Source of the DNA: Octopus vulgaris
Taxonomy: Eukaryota
Length of the DNA: 64,000 nt
Assembly (NCBI GenBank): GCA_951406725.2
Contig: OX597814.1
Coordinates: 102,982,001-103,046,000, forward strand
Direction: 5' to 3'
The notes beneath the pieces are model-generated. The model did no database searches. It saw nothing but the letters and a program-made list of their open reading frames with translations, and was not told the DNA's origin. Shown piece after piece: positions 34,405 through 47,509 of the stretch (position 1 is the stretch's first letter; each line of letters begins with the position of its first letter). Both the position numbers and the translations under genes were made by a program.

Positions 34405-35310
34405 GTAACCAGAAGCATTATTTACAAAATGTGGACCGCTGTTGCTCTAATAACATGGGCATTACTAATAATAGCAGTTATTTTAAAAGGCCTAGCAGAA
34501 ATAGGAATGAAGATAGAAATAATAAAAATAAACGTCCAATAGATTACAATGATATGCAAATGAAAACAAATTTATTGCTTTGCACATCTGATAATGCTCA
34601 TAAAATTAGTAATAGGAATAATAGAATAAAATGATATACCCCATATATACATACATATATATATAAAATAAGGTTTGAAAATTTGTAAATTGTAATATAA
34701 CTTCTGATAAAACTATTGCATTTGTTAAGCAAGTTAAGAATAATTTAGTTGGATCTTTATACAAACTATTTTCTAAACATTTTACCAAAGAAAATAGTTA
34801 TTATAATATAATTAACGCCAGTTTTCTTTGAGTGGCTTTTGCTGTTTCGAAAAATATGTCCCAAATTATTTCTTCCCTTAATGAGGGGAAATTATCAAAT
34901 TTTTATAACAATAAAAAACAGATTAATTGCAACATTAAAAGTGAAAGATGTAATGTTAGTAATGAATGTAGAATTAATTCTTCTGATGTACAAGGGGAAA
35001 CAATCCACATTAAATCCCATCCAAACCTGAAGAATAGCGAAGTAGTAAATGACCATCTTACTGAATATAAAATAGAAATATAGAAAAGAAAAATATTTAT
35101 TGTGATTGTAAAGTTAGAAATAACTGTTTGTTTAATAATAATTAGTGTCAGCAAAAAAACGTAGTCTATAGATGTGGAGTGAAATCTGAAGGTAAGAATT
35201 TCTTTTACATCGGAGCAACAGAAAACTTTGTATAAAAAAAAACACATCGCTGATCACAATTACACCTTTAATAATGGAAATAAATTGTCTTTTGCCAGCC
35301 TTAGTAAATT
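34405..35310 (+). mobile_element. Penelope-like element remnant (thumb, Cys linker, GIY-YIG)
   Basis: Broken frames read RIK*YTPY..LFSKHFTKE..SKNMSQIISSLN, then CDCKVRNNCLF..CQQKNVVYRC.V..FFYIGATE (VVY 35161-35169, YIG 35206-35214). Confidence 0.7.
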
Positions 35311-37932
35311 TATTTGGCACATAAAAAGCACCATTTGAGCTTGGCCAATGCCAGTGTCGCTTGTCTGGCACCTGTGCCAGTGGTACGTAAAATGTAGACA
35401 CCATAACACCATAAAATGGCTGGGTTATCATGTGTTCAGCCCTGTAAACATATTTTCAAAAACTACCATTAAATTAAATACTATGTAAGGATTACTAGGA
35501 CTATAGGCACAGGCATAGCTGTGTAATAAGTAGCTTGCTTACCAACCACATGATTCCGGGTTCAGTCCCACTGTTTGGCACCTTAAGCAAGTGTCTTCTA
35601 CTATAGCCTCAGGCCGACCAAAGCCTTGTGAGTGGATTTGGTGGACGGAAACTGAAAGAAGCTTGTGGTATATGTATATATATATATATGTGTGTTTGTC
35701 TGTGTTTGTTCCTCCACCATTGTATGACAACCGTTGTTGGTGTGTTTACATCCCTGTAACTTAGCAGTTCGGCAAAAGAGACTGATAGGATAAGTACTAG
35801 GCTTACAAAGAATAAGTCCTGGGGTCGATTTGTTCGACTAAAGGTGGTGCTCCAGCATGGCTGCAGTCAAATGACTGAAACAAATAGTAGAATAAAAGAA
35901 AAGAAAGAAGATAAATTTGGTGGTATCTTAGGATAAAAAGATTAACTAATCCTTAGTATGTATCTTATTAATATTAAAATATAAAATAAATTGTAAATAG
36001 GTTTTATTTACAGGTAAATGTATTATATAAAGGTTACTGGGACATTAATTGAAGTATGTATCATAAGAATCTGTGATTCATTTTATAAAGCGACGGGTAA
36101 TTCTATTATAAATAAATTTGAAACAAGTAAAACAGAGTATATTGATGATGTAATATTCAGCTTTGCTAATTCAACTTTGATTCGTCATTGTCTCGTAACT
36201 TTCAACACATTAACAAACGCATTCACAAATACATAAAAAAATATTACTTATACGTAACTATGGTTTAAAAACAAAAAAGTAAATAATGAGTAATAAATAA
36301 TAATAATAATAATAATTTATTATTTAGTTGTAATTACTAGAGATTACAACTGACTGAATTATAACAACTGTCTTAAGTGATTAAATATTTTACTGACATT
36401 TCAATCTATCATAATAACTAATAATATAAATTAAGAATACTGTTTTAATTTCTAGGTAAAGTAATCGTATCAAAATATTGTTTAAGCTAACTAATGGATA
36501 CTTTTGAATTTCAACACATTACATGCACACGTAAACAAATCATCATCATCATCATTTAACGTCCATTTTCCTTGCTAGCATGGGTTGGACGGTTCGACCA
36601 GGGTTTGGGAAGTCAGGAGGCTGCACCAGGCTCCAGTCTGATCTGGCTGTGTTTCTACAGCTGGATGCCTTTCCTAATGCCAACCACTCCGTGAGTGTAG
36701 TGGGTGCTTTTTACATGCCACCAGCACAGGGGCCAGAGGAGGCTGGCAACAGCCACGATCGGTTGGTGCTTTTTACATGCCACTGGCATGGAAGCCAGTC
36801 AAGGCGGCACTGGCATCAGCCACGTTCGGATGGTGCTTTTTACGTGCCTCCGGCACGGGTATCACAGCTTTTGATTTTCATTTTAATGTTGGTGAACTTG
36901 ATGCACACAGCAGGTCGCCCTATGATCCAAGGTACTTTTGAATGGGCTGGGGCTGGTTATGCAACATTGGTGTAGATTACAGCTGTGAACTCACTTTATT
37001 TGCCAGGTCTTTGCAGTCACAGCATATCTCCAGGGGTCTCGGTCTTTTGTCATTAACAAATTTGCATATACATATACACAAGTAATGGCTTTTTTTTTAA
37101 TGCATTGGTTGCTGAAGGGTACATATCTGAGTGAAACTAGGGTCAAACAACATATTGGAATGTAGCTCTTTTCTATCAAATTCTTCCCTTGATGAAATAC
37201 TCTAATTAACTTTATTCAATATGAAGATTTAATTTAATTTAATTTCTCCAATTGAATTGGTTGGGCATGGAAACAATTGTAGGTGCAATGGATTTGATAT
37301 CGTTTGGAATTGAATATGTTCTAATAAATTAATATATATCAATTTCTCCGTTTTCTTTTTCTCACCTGTGTCGTTGGCACATAAAAACACCTTCCGAAGA
37401 CCCGGCAAGACTAGTCAGTCCACCTGTGCATACCTTCCTTCTTGTGACACTTGTGAAGACCGGTTGAGGCAAGTGAAAATCAAATCAAATCAAAATAGAC
37501 AAAATAGATGAACATCAATGGAATTTGTATCTTGTGGTACCAGTGCCTGTGGCACACAAGAAATCCATCAGTGCTGTAGTCAGTGCGGTGGGCACATGAC
37601 AAACACCATCCGATCGTGGCCGTTCGCCAGCCTTATCTAGCACCTGTGTCGGTGGCACATAAAAACACCATCCGAAGACCCGGCAAGACTAGTCAGGCCA
37701 TAACCCATGGCCCCTACCTGGGACGTAGTCGGTCCACCTGTGCATACCTTCCTTCTTGTGACACTTGTGAAGACCTGTTGAGGCAAGTGAAAATCAAAAT
37801 AGATGAACATCAATGGAATTTGTATCTTTGTGGTACCAGTGCCGGTGGCACGTGGCACATAAGAAAACCATCCGAACGTGGCCGTAGCCAGTACCGCATC
37901 GACTGGCCTCCGTGCTGTGGGCACGTAACAAG

Positions 37933-38245
37933 CACCATCCGATCGTGGCCGTTTGCCAGCCTCATCTGGCACCTGTGTCGGTGGCACATAAAAACACCAT
38001 CCGAGCGTGGCCATCTACCAGCCTCGTCTGGCACCTGTGTCGGTGGCACATAAAAACACCATCCGAGCGTGGCCGTCTGCCAGCCTCGTCTGGCACCTGT
38101 GTCGGTGGCACATAAAAAAACACCATCCGAGCGTGGCCGTCTGCCAGCCCCGTCTGGCACCTGTGTCGGTGGCACATAAAAAACACCATCCGAGCGTGGC
38201 CGTTTGCCAGCCTCGTCTGGCACCTGTGTCGGTGGCACATAAAAT
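37933..38245 (+). repeat. Five tandem 62-64 bp units in an RTE 3' UTR (element spans ~37370-38420)
   Basis: Unit CACCATCCGAGCGTGGCCGTCTGCCAGCCTCGTCTGGCACCTGTGTCGGTGGCACATAAAAA starting at 37933, 37995, 38057, 38121 and 38184. Confidence 0.9.
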
Positions 38246-38849
38246 CACCCACTACACTCTCGGAGTGGTTGGCGTTAGGAAGGGCATCCAGCTGTAGAAA
38301 CACTGCCAGATCTGACTGGACTGGTGCAGCTTTCGGGCTCCCCAGACCCCAGTTGAACCGTCCAACCCATGCTAGCATGGAAAGCGGACGTTAAATGATG
38401 ATGATGATGATGATGATGATTTATAAATGAGGATAATATCGATATTATCAAGTGGCCAGCATGGGAAAAATACCGTACAAAGGTAATAATTTTTACAATT
38501 AAAAATGAGGGTGTCTGAGAGACACCACCATGCCGAAATAGCAGTCAAAACTCTGACTATAAAAACCACGTTAAATGTTCATATCGTACCATGAGATCAG
38601 ACAGAGGGGCAAAATAGACAAGCAAAAGTTATTGAATAATTCAAGATCCAGGATTTCTGGTTTTGCTTTAAATAAGCTTTACCGTCATCGGTTGAATATA
38701 TATATATATATTATCATCATCATCGTTTAGCATTCGCTTTCCATGCTGGCATGAGTTGGACGGTGCAACTGGGGTCTGGGAAGCCAGAAGGCTGCACCAG
38801 GCCCAGTCTGATCAGGCAATGTTTCTACGACTGGATGCCCTTCCTAACG

Positions 38850-40000
38850 CCAGTCAGTTTGACTACATTCTCAGCAGGAAACGAGAAAGAGGGCTACTTA
38901 TAAATGCCAAAACCTTCCCAGGTGAAGAATGCACTCCACAACATAGGTTAGTAGTCAGTGACTTTAGGAACAGGGTTAAATAGCTGCCTAGATGACCAGC
39001 ATGGAAAAGAAGGGCCTGGAAGCTTAAGGATCCTCTGAATGGACAGAGATTTAGAGACATATTACTTTAAGTAATATGTCTCTAAATCTCTGTCCATTCA
39101 GAGGAGCCTTTGACAAAAAAGAGGAGGATAAAGCATCACATAATGTGGAGGACAACCTGTTGAGGGCCACTGACCAGATCTGTGGATGGTGCAAAGTCCC
39201 CTCTCAACTTAAGGTAACGTGGTGGTGGAACAATGTAGTTGACAGGGCCGTTAGGGAAAAGAAACAGGCATGGAAGGACTAGAAGAACGGTGGTAGCATG
39301 GAACAGTATCAGATCACCAGAAGGGAAGCTAGGAGACAGGTTTATTTAGCCAGAGGGGAAGCAGCTAAGAGCAAATTTACCAATATTCTGCATTGTGAGG
39401 ACTAGAGACTTGAAGTGTTTCGTATTGCAAGACAGTGTATGAGAAAGAATCGTGATGTCGTAGGAGAGAAATGTGTCTGCATGGATGATGGCTCACTTGC
39501 ATTTAATGATGCTGCAAGGAGAGAGACTTGGAAACACCACTATGAAAGGTTGCTAAATGAAGAGAATGAATGTGAGAAAGAGAGCCTGCCAAATGTCAAC
39601 CTAACAGAGAGACCAGCTATCCGAATTGACAGTACCTTGGTAGATAAAGCAATTAAGGGTATGAAGACATGGAGAGCCCCCGGCCCATCAGGAATCACTG
39701 TAGAGATGCTTAAAATATCTGATGATGTAGGCTATAGTCTAGTCACCTTTATAGTCAACCAGGTGATACATGAAGGAGTCATACCCAATGACTGTTGTAG
39801 CAGCACCATAGTCAACTGCTACAAAGGTAAAGGTGATGCCTTTTAAGTAATTACAGAAGTATCAAATTGTTGGATCAAGTGATGAAAGTTACAGAGAGAG
39901 TCATAGCCCAACTAATTAGGGGGAGAGTTAGTTAAGACAAGATGCAGTTTGGGTTTGTGCCAAGGAGAAGCACTATTGATGATATATTTCTGGTAAGACG
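38850..40000 (+). mobile_element. RTE LINE internal fragment (end of APE to RT)
   Basis: DYILSR..PQHRLVVSDF, TWWWNNVV, APGPSGIT, QFGFVPRRSTIDDIF. Confidence 0.85.
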
Positions 40001-40490
40001 CAATCCTTCGCCGACAATAAAAAAATGCCAACTTTTAGAACCGAAAATTATCCAAAAACTTATAATATTTAATCATATCAAAAGGAAATGGAAATTAACA
40101 GAAATTTTCACTTCCAGTGGCCTAGTGTGTAAAAATTTAATCCAATATATATATATATATATATATCATCATCATCATCATCATCATTTAGCGTCCGTTT
40201 TCCATGCTAGCATGGGTTGGACGGTTCAACTGGGGTCTGGGGAGCCCGAAGGCTGCACCAGGCCAGTCAGATCTATATATATATATATGTATATGTATAT
40301 ATATGTATGTATATATACATATATATTTCTCTTTTGCTTCCCTTTCGGTATGGCTTACTTGAAAGCAAGGATCTGAAAGTCTTAATGCATTTTTTTATGG
40401 TATTATCTTCTCAAATGATATTTCATGAAATTCCTTGACTTGTAGTTCTTTTGTTTGTACTTAGTTCTGCTAACTTTTTTTTTTTACCAG

Positions 40491-40619
40491 GAAAGTTTTC
40501 ACTCCAAATTCCAAAGAAAGTTGCCGGTGAAATGTTCGAGGGTCTTGAAATGCTTACAAAACTACTAACACCAAAAGGAAAATATTCAGCTAAGTCTCCA
40601 TTAATTGAAGTTCTAAACA
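40491..40619 (+). CDS. SHQ1: SHQ1 coding exon 4 (GKFSLQIPKKVAGEMFEGLEMLTKLLTPK..PLIEVLN)
   Basis: T-tract + CAG; conserved FEGL.MLT.LL and PLIE motifs; GTAAGT donor; phase 1 to 1. Confidence 0.95.
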
Positions 40620-40906
40620 GTAAGTAAAATAATGTTTTAGAGAAGTCAGTGTTTCAAGCAATCATGGTTGGGTGACCAATCTTAATAAGTTTGACTGTTA
40701 CTTGGCAGAATATTTGGCTTGTCAAGAGATATTTCTGCTTGTAATGTCAGCTATTTAGGTTTAAACTTAGTGTTGAGTTCTAAGTAGGTTAGATTTCTCT
40801 GCTTAACAGAATTTGGTGGGGTTGGGGACACACATCATGATTCTCGGTCTTTTTGTACTTGTTGCCCTTCAGTTGTATTTATTTCCAAATATGTCGTTTT
40901 TCATAA

Positions 40907-41362
40907 TCTGTATATATATATAAAAGGCAGGATGTGTGTGTGTGTGTATGTGAACGTAATTTATGCATATCCACAAATTAGCACGCATGTCGCTCAAATT
41001 TTAGGAAGACATTTGTCATGACGCTAGCTGTATTTTTGTTAAATTATTTTCCCTCAATGCACCAGTGAATAGCGGTAAAAATAATTTTGAACCATAACTT
41101 CTAACAATTTACAAGTCGGAGAAATCCACCATTATTTGCAAACATGAGTCAAGTCCCCTTTTAGTGACGAGTTACTGTTATCTATCGCTCTTAGATTTTT
41201 TAACTTTCGTCTTTTTAGTGAGTGATTGACAGACAAAAAAGAGACAGAGGGGTTGCTATGCATGTATGTATGTGTGAATGGCTTCAGTTACACACACACA
41301 AACATATATGCATACAAAAAACATGTATGCAAAAGGTGTATGTATGTGTGTGTGTGTGTTGC

Positions 41363-41417
<55 letters not shown>

Positions 41418-42590
41418 CACAGTATAAACAATATTCTCCGTTTCTCCACAACTAATTTCCAAATAACTGAATCTGTTGCTCTACTCATTGCGACATATAG
41501 CTGGTCGCGCATGAACATGGGAGAGAGCAGAAGTTACCAGAGCAAAAATCGTAAGTGTTGACGGTAAACACACTCCTTCGCAAACGATCAGCTATTATTT
41601 TGTAAACAATGTTTCGAAACAGTTCATGTATTCGAAAGGAGAGATCTGACTCTCACATCTCTGCGGGAGAAGGTAGGCCTCTCTATTCCTCTTACAAAAC
41701 TTACACCTGGGTGCCAAATTTTCCTCAATTGATGGTATTACTCAGGTAGGGGGTGGTGGTGGGACAGAGGCAAGGGTGTACAAAAAACATGTATGCAATA
41801 GGTGTATGTACATGTGTGTGTGTTGCCTGTATATATATATATATATTAAGACTTAGTTGTGATCTGAACATAACCACTTCTGACACAGAGGATTGGGAGC
41901 CCTTTTAGGCATTCTATTTTCCTTGCTGGAAGGGTTTCCAACCCATGGGCAAAGTGGGTGGGGTTACATGATGGGGGTGGTGTTTTCAAAAGGGCTGGCA
42001 TATGCAACCTGATCACTTCTGCTGATCAAACTCCCAACCCATGCGCTCCTGTCGTGACACTGATTCTGCAGAACTGGGTTGGGTGTGAAAACCAACTTTA
42101 AAGTATAAATATAGATGTTTTTGAATCAGCAATGTTGTGTTCAGTTAAGTCCTATTTGGGGTGAAAAATCAATAAACTGATTCCTTATGGGGTTTTCTAT
42201 TTAATCAGGATAAAAAAAAATCGATAATCCGATTCCTTATAGGACTTCCCACTAAAATTGTCTACACCCCATTTTCAACCATAACTTTTACCAATTTTGA
42301 TGCATTTTGTTCAAACTTGATGCCAGCATACTTAGGACTCATGGGATTTTTGAATGCTTTAAGTTCTCTAAAAACGAAAAAAAAAAAGTCGATGAGTGGA
42401 AAAAAAAATATCAATAAATCAATTCCTTATGGGATTTCCCAATCAAATTTTCTGCAACTCATTTTCAGCCAAAAGTTTACCAATTTCAATGAATTTCCCT
42501 CAAATTTGATATCGATGTTACTTAGTTTGGTTGATCAGACCATAACCCACACCACCAGATATTTTAAGCATCTCAGCGGTGATTCCTGAT
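40907..42590 (+). mobile_element. Probable Helitron-like element, 3' end not visible
   Basis: A|TC..TATATATAAAAGGCAG start resembles the Helitron at 5203; internal microsatellites; abuts an RTE fragment. Confidence 0.45.
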
Positions 42591-43470
42591 GGACTGGGGG
42601 CTTCCCTATCTTCATATTCTTAATTGCTTTATCTACCATGGAACTGTCAATTCAGGTAGCTGGTCCCTCAATTGGGTCAACATTTAGCAGACTCTCCTCC
42701 TTCCATTCATTCTCCACGTTCAGCAGTCTTTTATAATGGCATTTTCCAAACTTCTTTCTTTACAGAGTCATTAAATGCAAGTGTACCATCATCTATGTGG
42801 ACATATTTCTCTCCTATGACATCACAATTTTCTCTTACACACTGTCTTGCAATCTGAAATACTTCAATTCTTTTGTCCTTACATTGCTAAACACAGGCGA
42901 ACTTCTTTTCTGCTTCACTCTTGGCTATATATACCTATCTCCTAGCTTCCCTCCTGGCTATTTGATACAGTTTCCCGCTACCTCCACTCTGTCTGTATCT
43001 CTTCCTCCTTCTCATCAAATTTCTCAACTAGGATATCCCTAAATCTCTGACCATACGATGGATCCTTAATCTTCCAATCCTTCTTTTCCAGATTGGTCTG
43101 CTTGTTGGCATTCTTCTGGCCTGGAGTCTAAAGTCACTAATGACTCGTCTATGCTGGGGGGTAAATTCTTCCACAGGGATGGTCTTTGTATTCGAGAGCA
43201 ACCCTGCATCCCACTGTTTTGTGAGAATGAAATCGATCTGGCTGGCAGAGTCACCTGGCTGTTAAGTTATCGGGTGGCTGGTTGGCTTCCTGAAGTTGGT
43301 CTTGCAGATCAATAGGTTATTTGCATCACAGAATTCTAGTAGCCCTGTTCCCTCTTTGTTTCAAGAACTAATTCCATGTTTCCCATATACACCACGGAAA
43401 ATACTGTGCTGCCGTCTGACATTCCCATTGAAATCCCCAGCCACAAAGATGAGATCATTGTCACAGAAGA
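42590..43470 (-). mobile_element. Degenerate RTE LINE fragment (APE to RT linker)
   Basis: Minus strand carries VAGDFNGNV, NNLLICKTNFRKP, IARQCVRENCDV, EGPAT, GKPPVHQE. Confidence 0.7.
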
Positions 43471-44829
43471 ACATCATAAAAGTGGTCATTCTGTTGTGTG
43501 TGTGTGCGTGTGTGTGTGCAGGTAGAAGTTCACCAGGGCTCAGTTCTCATTCGCTACTTATTTATATATCTCATAGTCCTCCAGGCCATAACAGAGGTGT
43601 TTACAACAGATTGCCTGTAGGAGCCCCTCTATAACCTTGTCCGTATAGATGAATCTGTAGCAGAATAAGAAAAGAAATTCCAGTGTTGAAACAAAATCTG
43701 GAATCAAAGGACTTTGGAGTTAACTTTGTAATGGTCAAAGTCCTAGTAAGCAGGAAAACTAACAAACTATTAATCCCTTCAGTAAAATGGCCCTGGTCAA
43801 TATGTAAAAAAAAGGTGTAGGTAGAAAGTTTAAACTGTGGACATACAAGTGGTGCAATGAAATCACAGGTTGGTTAACAGAGAAAGAAGTCTTTGTGAGT
43901 GGCAGATGCACAAGGACCATTAAACACTAAGAATACACAGGAAAATTAATTTCCTCAAATACACAGGGAGATACTTAGGGGTAGTAGATAGTTTCTGTTA
44001 GCCAGATGACCTAATTAAATGAGATCCTGAAAGCATGTCGCCTTTCTCTATGCCCCTACACCCCCAATTTGTCTTGGAGTGGTTGGTGTTAGAAAGGGCA
44101 TCCAACCATAGAAAACCATGCCAAATCAGACTGGAGTCTGGGGCAGCCTTCCAGCGTGCCAGCCCTGGTCAAACTATCCAACCCATGCCAGCCATGGACA
44201 ACAGACATTAAATGATAATGATGATCAATGTCCACTTTTCCATGTTTGCATGGGTTGGATGAATTTTTCAAGACAGATTTCATGCATCTGGCCTGTGGTT
44301 ATAGTAGAAGACACTTGCCCAAGGTGCCATGCAGTAGGACCAAACCGAGGACCATGCGGTTGGGAAGCTAACCTCTTACTACACAGCTAAGCTTGTGCCT
44401 GTGTGTGTATGTGTATATATATATATGTATACATGCAGAGAAAGAGAGAGAGAGAGATAATGGCTTAGCTGTCCAAAACTTTGAATTCACTGCCAGCAAC
44501 ATTCTTTTTTAAGAATAATAAATTTATACTCTGCAAAAGTATAGAGTAACCCATCAGATTAATGCAAAATTGTTTTTAGAATAACTGAACATAAAAACAA
44601 ACTTTAATGTGTGTGTGTGCACAATATATATATTTCCCAGTCAACTTTCAGATGAATATAAGTGTTGTATCTATATTAAATTATGTCTGATTTTGTTCCA
44701 TATTTTATCACTTCACTTGTTTACAAATATATGTTGAGAGTTTAATAGATTTGCTCTTTAATTTCATTTCACAATTACATTTTACATATTTTGTCTACAA
44801 TAAAATATTTTTCTGTTTTCCTTGTTCAG

Positions 44830-45005
44830 ATGAAACCAGCGCATCAAGTACAAAAGAACACAAAATCGGTGAAGATGCAAACGAAGAGGAAGAATTTGAT
44901 TGGTACTTTGAACAAGAGCCACCCTCTGCTGTTAAGGATACAGTTCTGCAGCAGTATTGTTACGGATTTGCTAATAAAAGATCTGGAGTGTTTCAAAACT
45001 TAGCT
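44830..45005 (+). CDS. SHQ1: SHQ1 coding exon 5 (..EEEEFDWYFEQ..YCYGFANKRSGVFQNLA)
   Basis: CAG acceptor; FDW..EQ and YGF.N..SGV motifs; GTGAGA donor; phase 1 to 0. Confidence 0.93.
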
Positions 45006-45867
45006 GTGAGATTCTTACTCCATTTTATCATGTTTTTTTCATTCGATAATTATTTCTCTTTTAAATAATGGAGATTATGTCTGCACTCTTCAACTATCTT
45101 CCAAACTAGAACTGGAACGTACTTTCAGTTAGGGATTTACACCAGCATGTATCTAAACCTGTCAATCTATCTGAGTAATTTTCTTATAAAATATAGTACA
45201 TTTTGTTTTAAATAATAGAGACACAAGTAAATGTGATTGAAATGCCTAATAATGCTTTCATTGTTCAACTTTTAGGCCTTAATGTTTACAATTAACATAT
45301 CAGCAATATCGGAAAGCATTGGTTGTGGAATAATAATAAAAAAATGTCTCACACTATTTATATTCTGTTCTGAGTTGACTCCTGTCACAGTCAACTTTAA
45401 CTTGCAAGGGTCAGTAAAGACTACCTATCATGTAACGGGGTCACTATATTTCCCCTTCTCAAATTGTATCTGTTAGAAATCAATATTCCAGTTAATGTCA
45501 ACTTCAACAAAAAACACAAGACACTATGATTTAAACCATTAAAACCAAGTTAGCTCAATGAGCATTTTGTTAGATAAAAACACTTCACCTAAATCTGATG
45601 TGTTTGTCACTTTATACAATTCTATATTGGTGGGACGAAGAATTTATATTGTGTATCCTGTTCCGTTAATATGAACAATATTGTTACTTTTAAGCAATTT
45701 CCCAGATGACGTCTGTTGTTGCTATTTTATTCTCTCCCTCTTAGCTGAACGTTTTTTTTAAACAATATCTATTTAGAAGGTTTACCAGGAAAATTCAATA
45801 ATTATCTAAACATCACAAAAAAGCAATTTCCCAGTCTTGTAAAAGAATATATTTTCAATTATTTCAG

Positions 45868-45980
45868 GAAGAATTTTCTGAGACTTGTGACATAAGACAT
45901 CCCGATGAAATGTCCCCTCAAGAAAGAACAGAAAAGAGATGTAAACTCGAAGCAGAACAATTTGATCCTGATTATTATAT
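45868..45980 (+). CDS. SHQ1: SHQ1 coding exon 6 (EEFSETCDIRHPD..EAEQFDPDYY)
   Basis: CAG acceptor; DI..PD..ER..R..E..FDPD.Y motif; GTAAGT donor; phase 0 to 2. Confidence 0.95.
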
Positions 45981-47106
45981 GTAAGTTAGGTTTAAACATT
46001 TTTCTCTCACGTTTAGTGTAGTGGTTGCAACATTCAGGAGAATACTGGTATATTCCTAAGGACAAAGAGATGAGTTCAAATGTTATGTGAAATACACAGT
46101 GTATTTGGTGGAGGAGGCATTTTAAGCTCTTTCGTAAACTGGATCTTTGTAACATAGTTTTGATTCTTGCTTATCAGATTTTCATTCCACTCACTTGCAT
46201 TTATGCTTTGGAAAAATAGTTTCAAAGTTACAAACTTTGTTTCTCTTATGACAGGCAGTTGGAATGAAGATCCAGTTTCTGAATGTCTGGCTTCCTAGAA
46301 AGAGCAGTCAAGTCTTTAATAAATTACGCTAAACAACTTCCAGAATCCATGACAGATTATAATCGAAGAAACAAAGACAGGAATGTCATGGCTAGAATGC
46401 CTTTTATGATAGTCATCATGGCAGGCTTGGTGCCAAGTAACAACAATGAAATCAGCCATTTCATTCCTTTGATTGCAAACTGCCCAAATAATTAAGTTTG
46501 TCTCATTGAGCAAGTTGAAACTTGCAAAGTAAAACAAAGATTTGGGAAGGAAATGTCAAACTGTCGATGATGTTCACAAGTCAAAAATGGTTTGGTTGCC
46601 ACATTCTTTGATTCTGTGACAATCAGTCTGCACAAGTCTTTGCCTTTAACATCTTAGACTAGAGATGAAGTAAAGATTTATCCATATATTTTCTTACTTT
46701 AAGTTCCATGCTTTCTGCAGTTGCATGTTCTTCTTAGCCACTTTACCGAGGCCATTGGGTGCATTTAATTTTTTGTGGCAATCAGACTAGGGAGGTTCTC
46801 GTGTGTTTAACAAGACTGCACCTCATCAACAATGTACTCTGGGTGCCTTTCTTCTCCCATTAAGCATGACACCCAGATCGTTATACATTCACCCGGCATC
46901 TTGTATGACTAACAGTCATTGATAACTATTACATGATGTGACAATGTTGTGACACACACACACATGCACACGCATCATCATCATTGTTTTAGAATCCACT
47001 TTTTCCCTGCGTAACAAGATTAGATGTAAATTAAAAAAACAATATTTTGTGTTGTAATGTTTGTTGTTATTTTCCTCTTTTTTTTTATTCTTTTTCCAAA
47101 TTTTAG

Positions 47107-47213
47107 TGCAGATTTCATTGACGAAGAAAATATAATTAAAAAGCTCTGTTCTTATGTTTGTCCCTGGAGTTGTGAGAAAGATGGAAACTTAGTTCCCTTT
47201 CCAAAGAGTTCAG
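47107..47213 (+). CDS. SHQ1: SHQ1 coding exon 7 (ADFIDEENIIKKLCSYVCPW..PKSS)
   Basis: TAG acceptor; ADF..Y.PW motif; GTGAGT donor; phase 2 to 1. Confidence 0.92.
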
Positions 47214-47349
47214 GTGAGTAAATTTGTGCAAATCATTTCAGTCAATTGAGAATGTATTTGTATTTTAAAAGTGTTAATTAAGTCTAAAATAAAGTCCTAA
47301 ATATTATTCTTTTCAAATTGATAATAATGCTAATTTTTGGTTTTACTAG

Positions 47350-47400
47350 ATCTGACTGAGCAGGAAAAATATATTTTGACTCAGCTGCCCAAGAAACAAT
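47350..47400 (+). CDS. SHQ1: SHQ1 coding exon 8 (DLTEQEKYILTQLPKKQ)
   Basis: TAG acceptor; T..EK..L..LP.K motif; followed by the U12-type donor GTATCCTT; phase 1 to 1. Confidence 0.92.
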
Positions 47401-47509
47401 GTATCCTTCGTTTATTTTTACTGTTGTTGTTTACAATTTTTTACTGTTCTTGTTCATTTGCCATGTTAAAATATTCTATCAATTATTTATCATAAAGATA
47501 AAATGTATA

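Noticed and set aside
34405-35083. In-frame TGA codons as selenocysteine or an alternative genetic code (Naiad selenoprotein or Mollicute insertion)
   Set aside because: The TGAs do not appear to fall at Cys-equivalent positions, and TAA/TAG stops and frameshifts also occur. Ordinary decay (TGG/CGA to TGA) of a Penelope-like ORF explains them.
36018-36236. 72-aa AT-rich ORF as a viral or host exon
   Set aside because: No motif, convincing splice context or continuation; unassignable without a search.
37933-38245. CRISPR-like regular repeats
   Set aside because: The units are contiguous and near-identical with no unique spacers. The context is eukaryotic with no cas genes, and the array belongs to an RTE 3' UTR.
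46240-46620. Coding-looking stretch in SHQ1 intron 6 (ORF 46283-46495)
   Set aside because: No recognisable motif, and it is not needed for the SHQ1 frame; possibly an old TE fragment, but not supportable.
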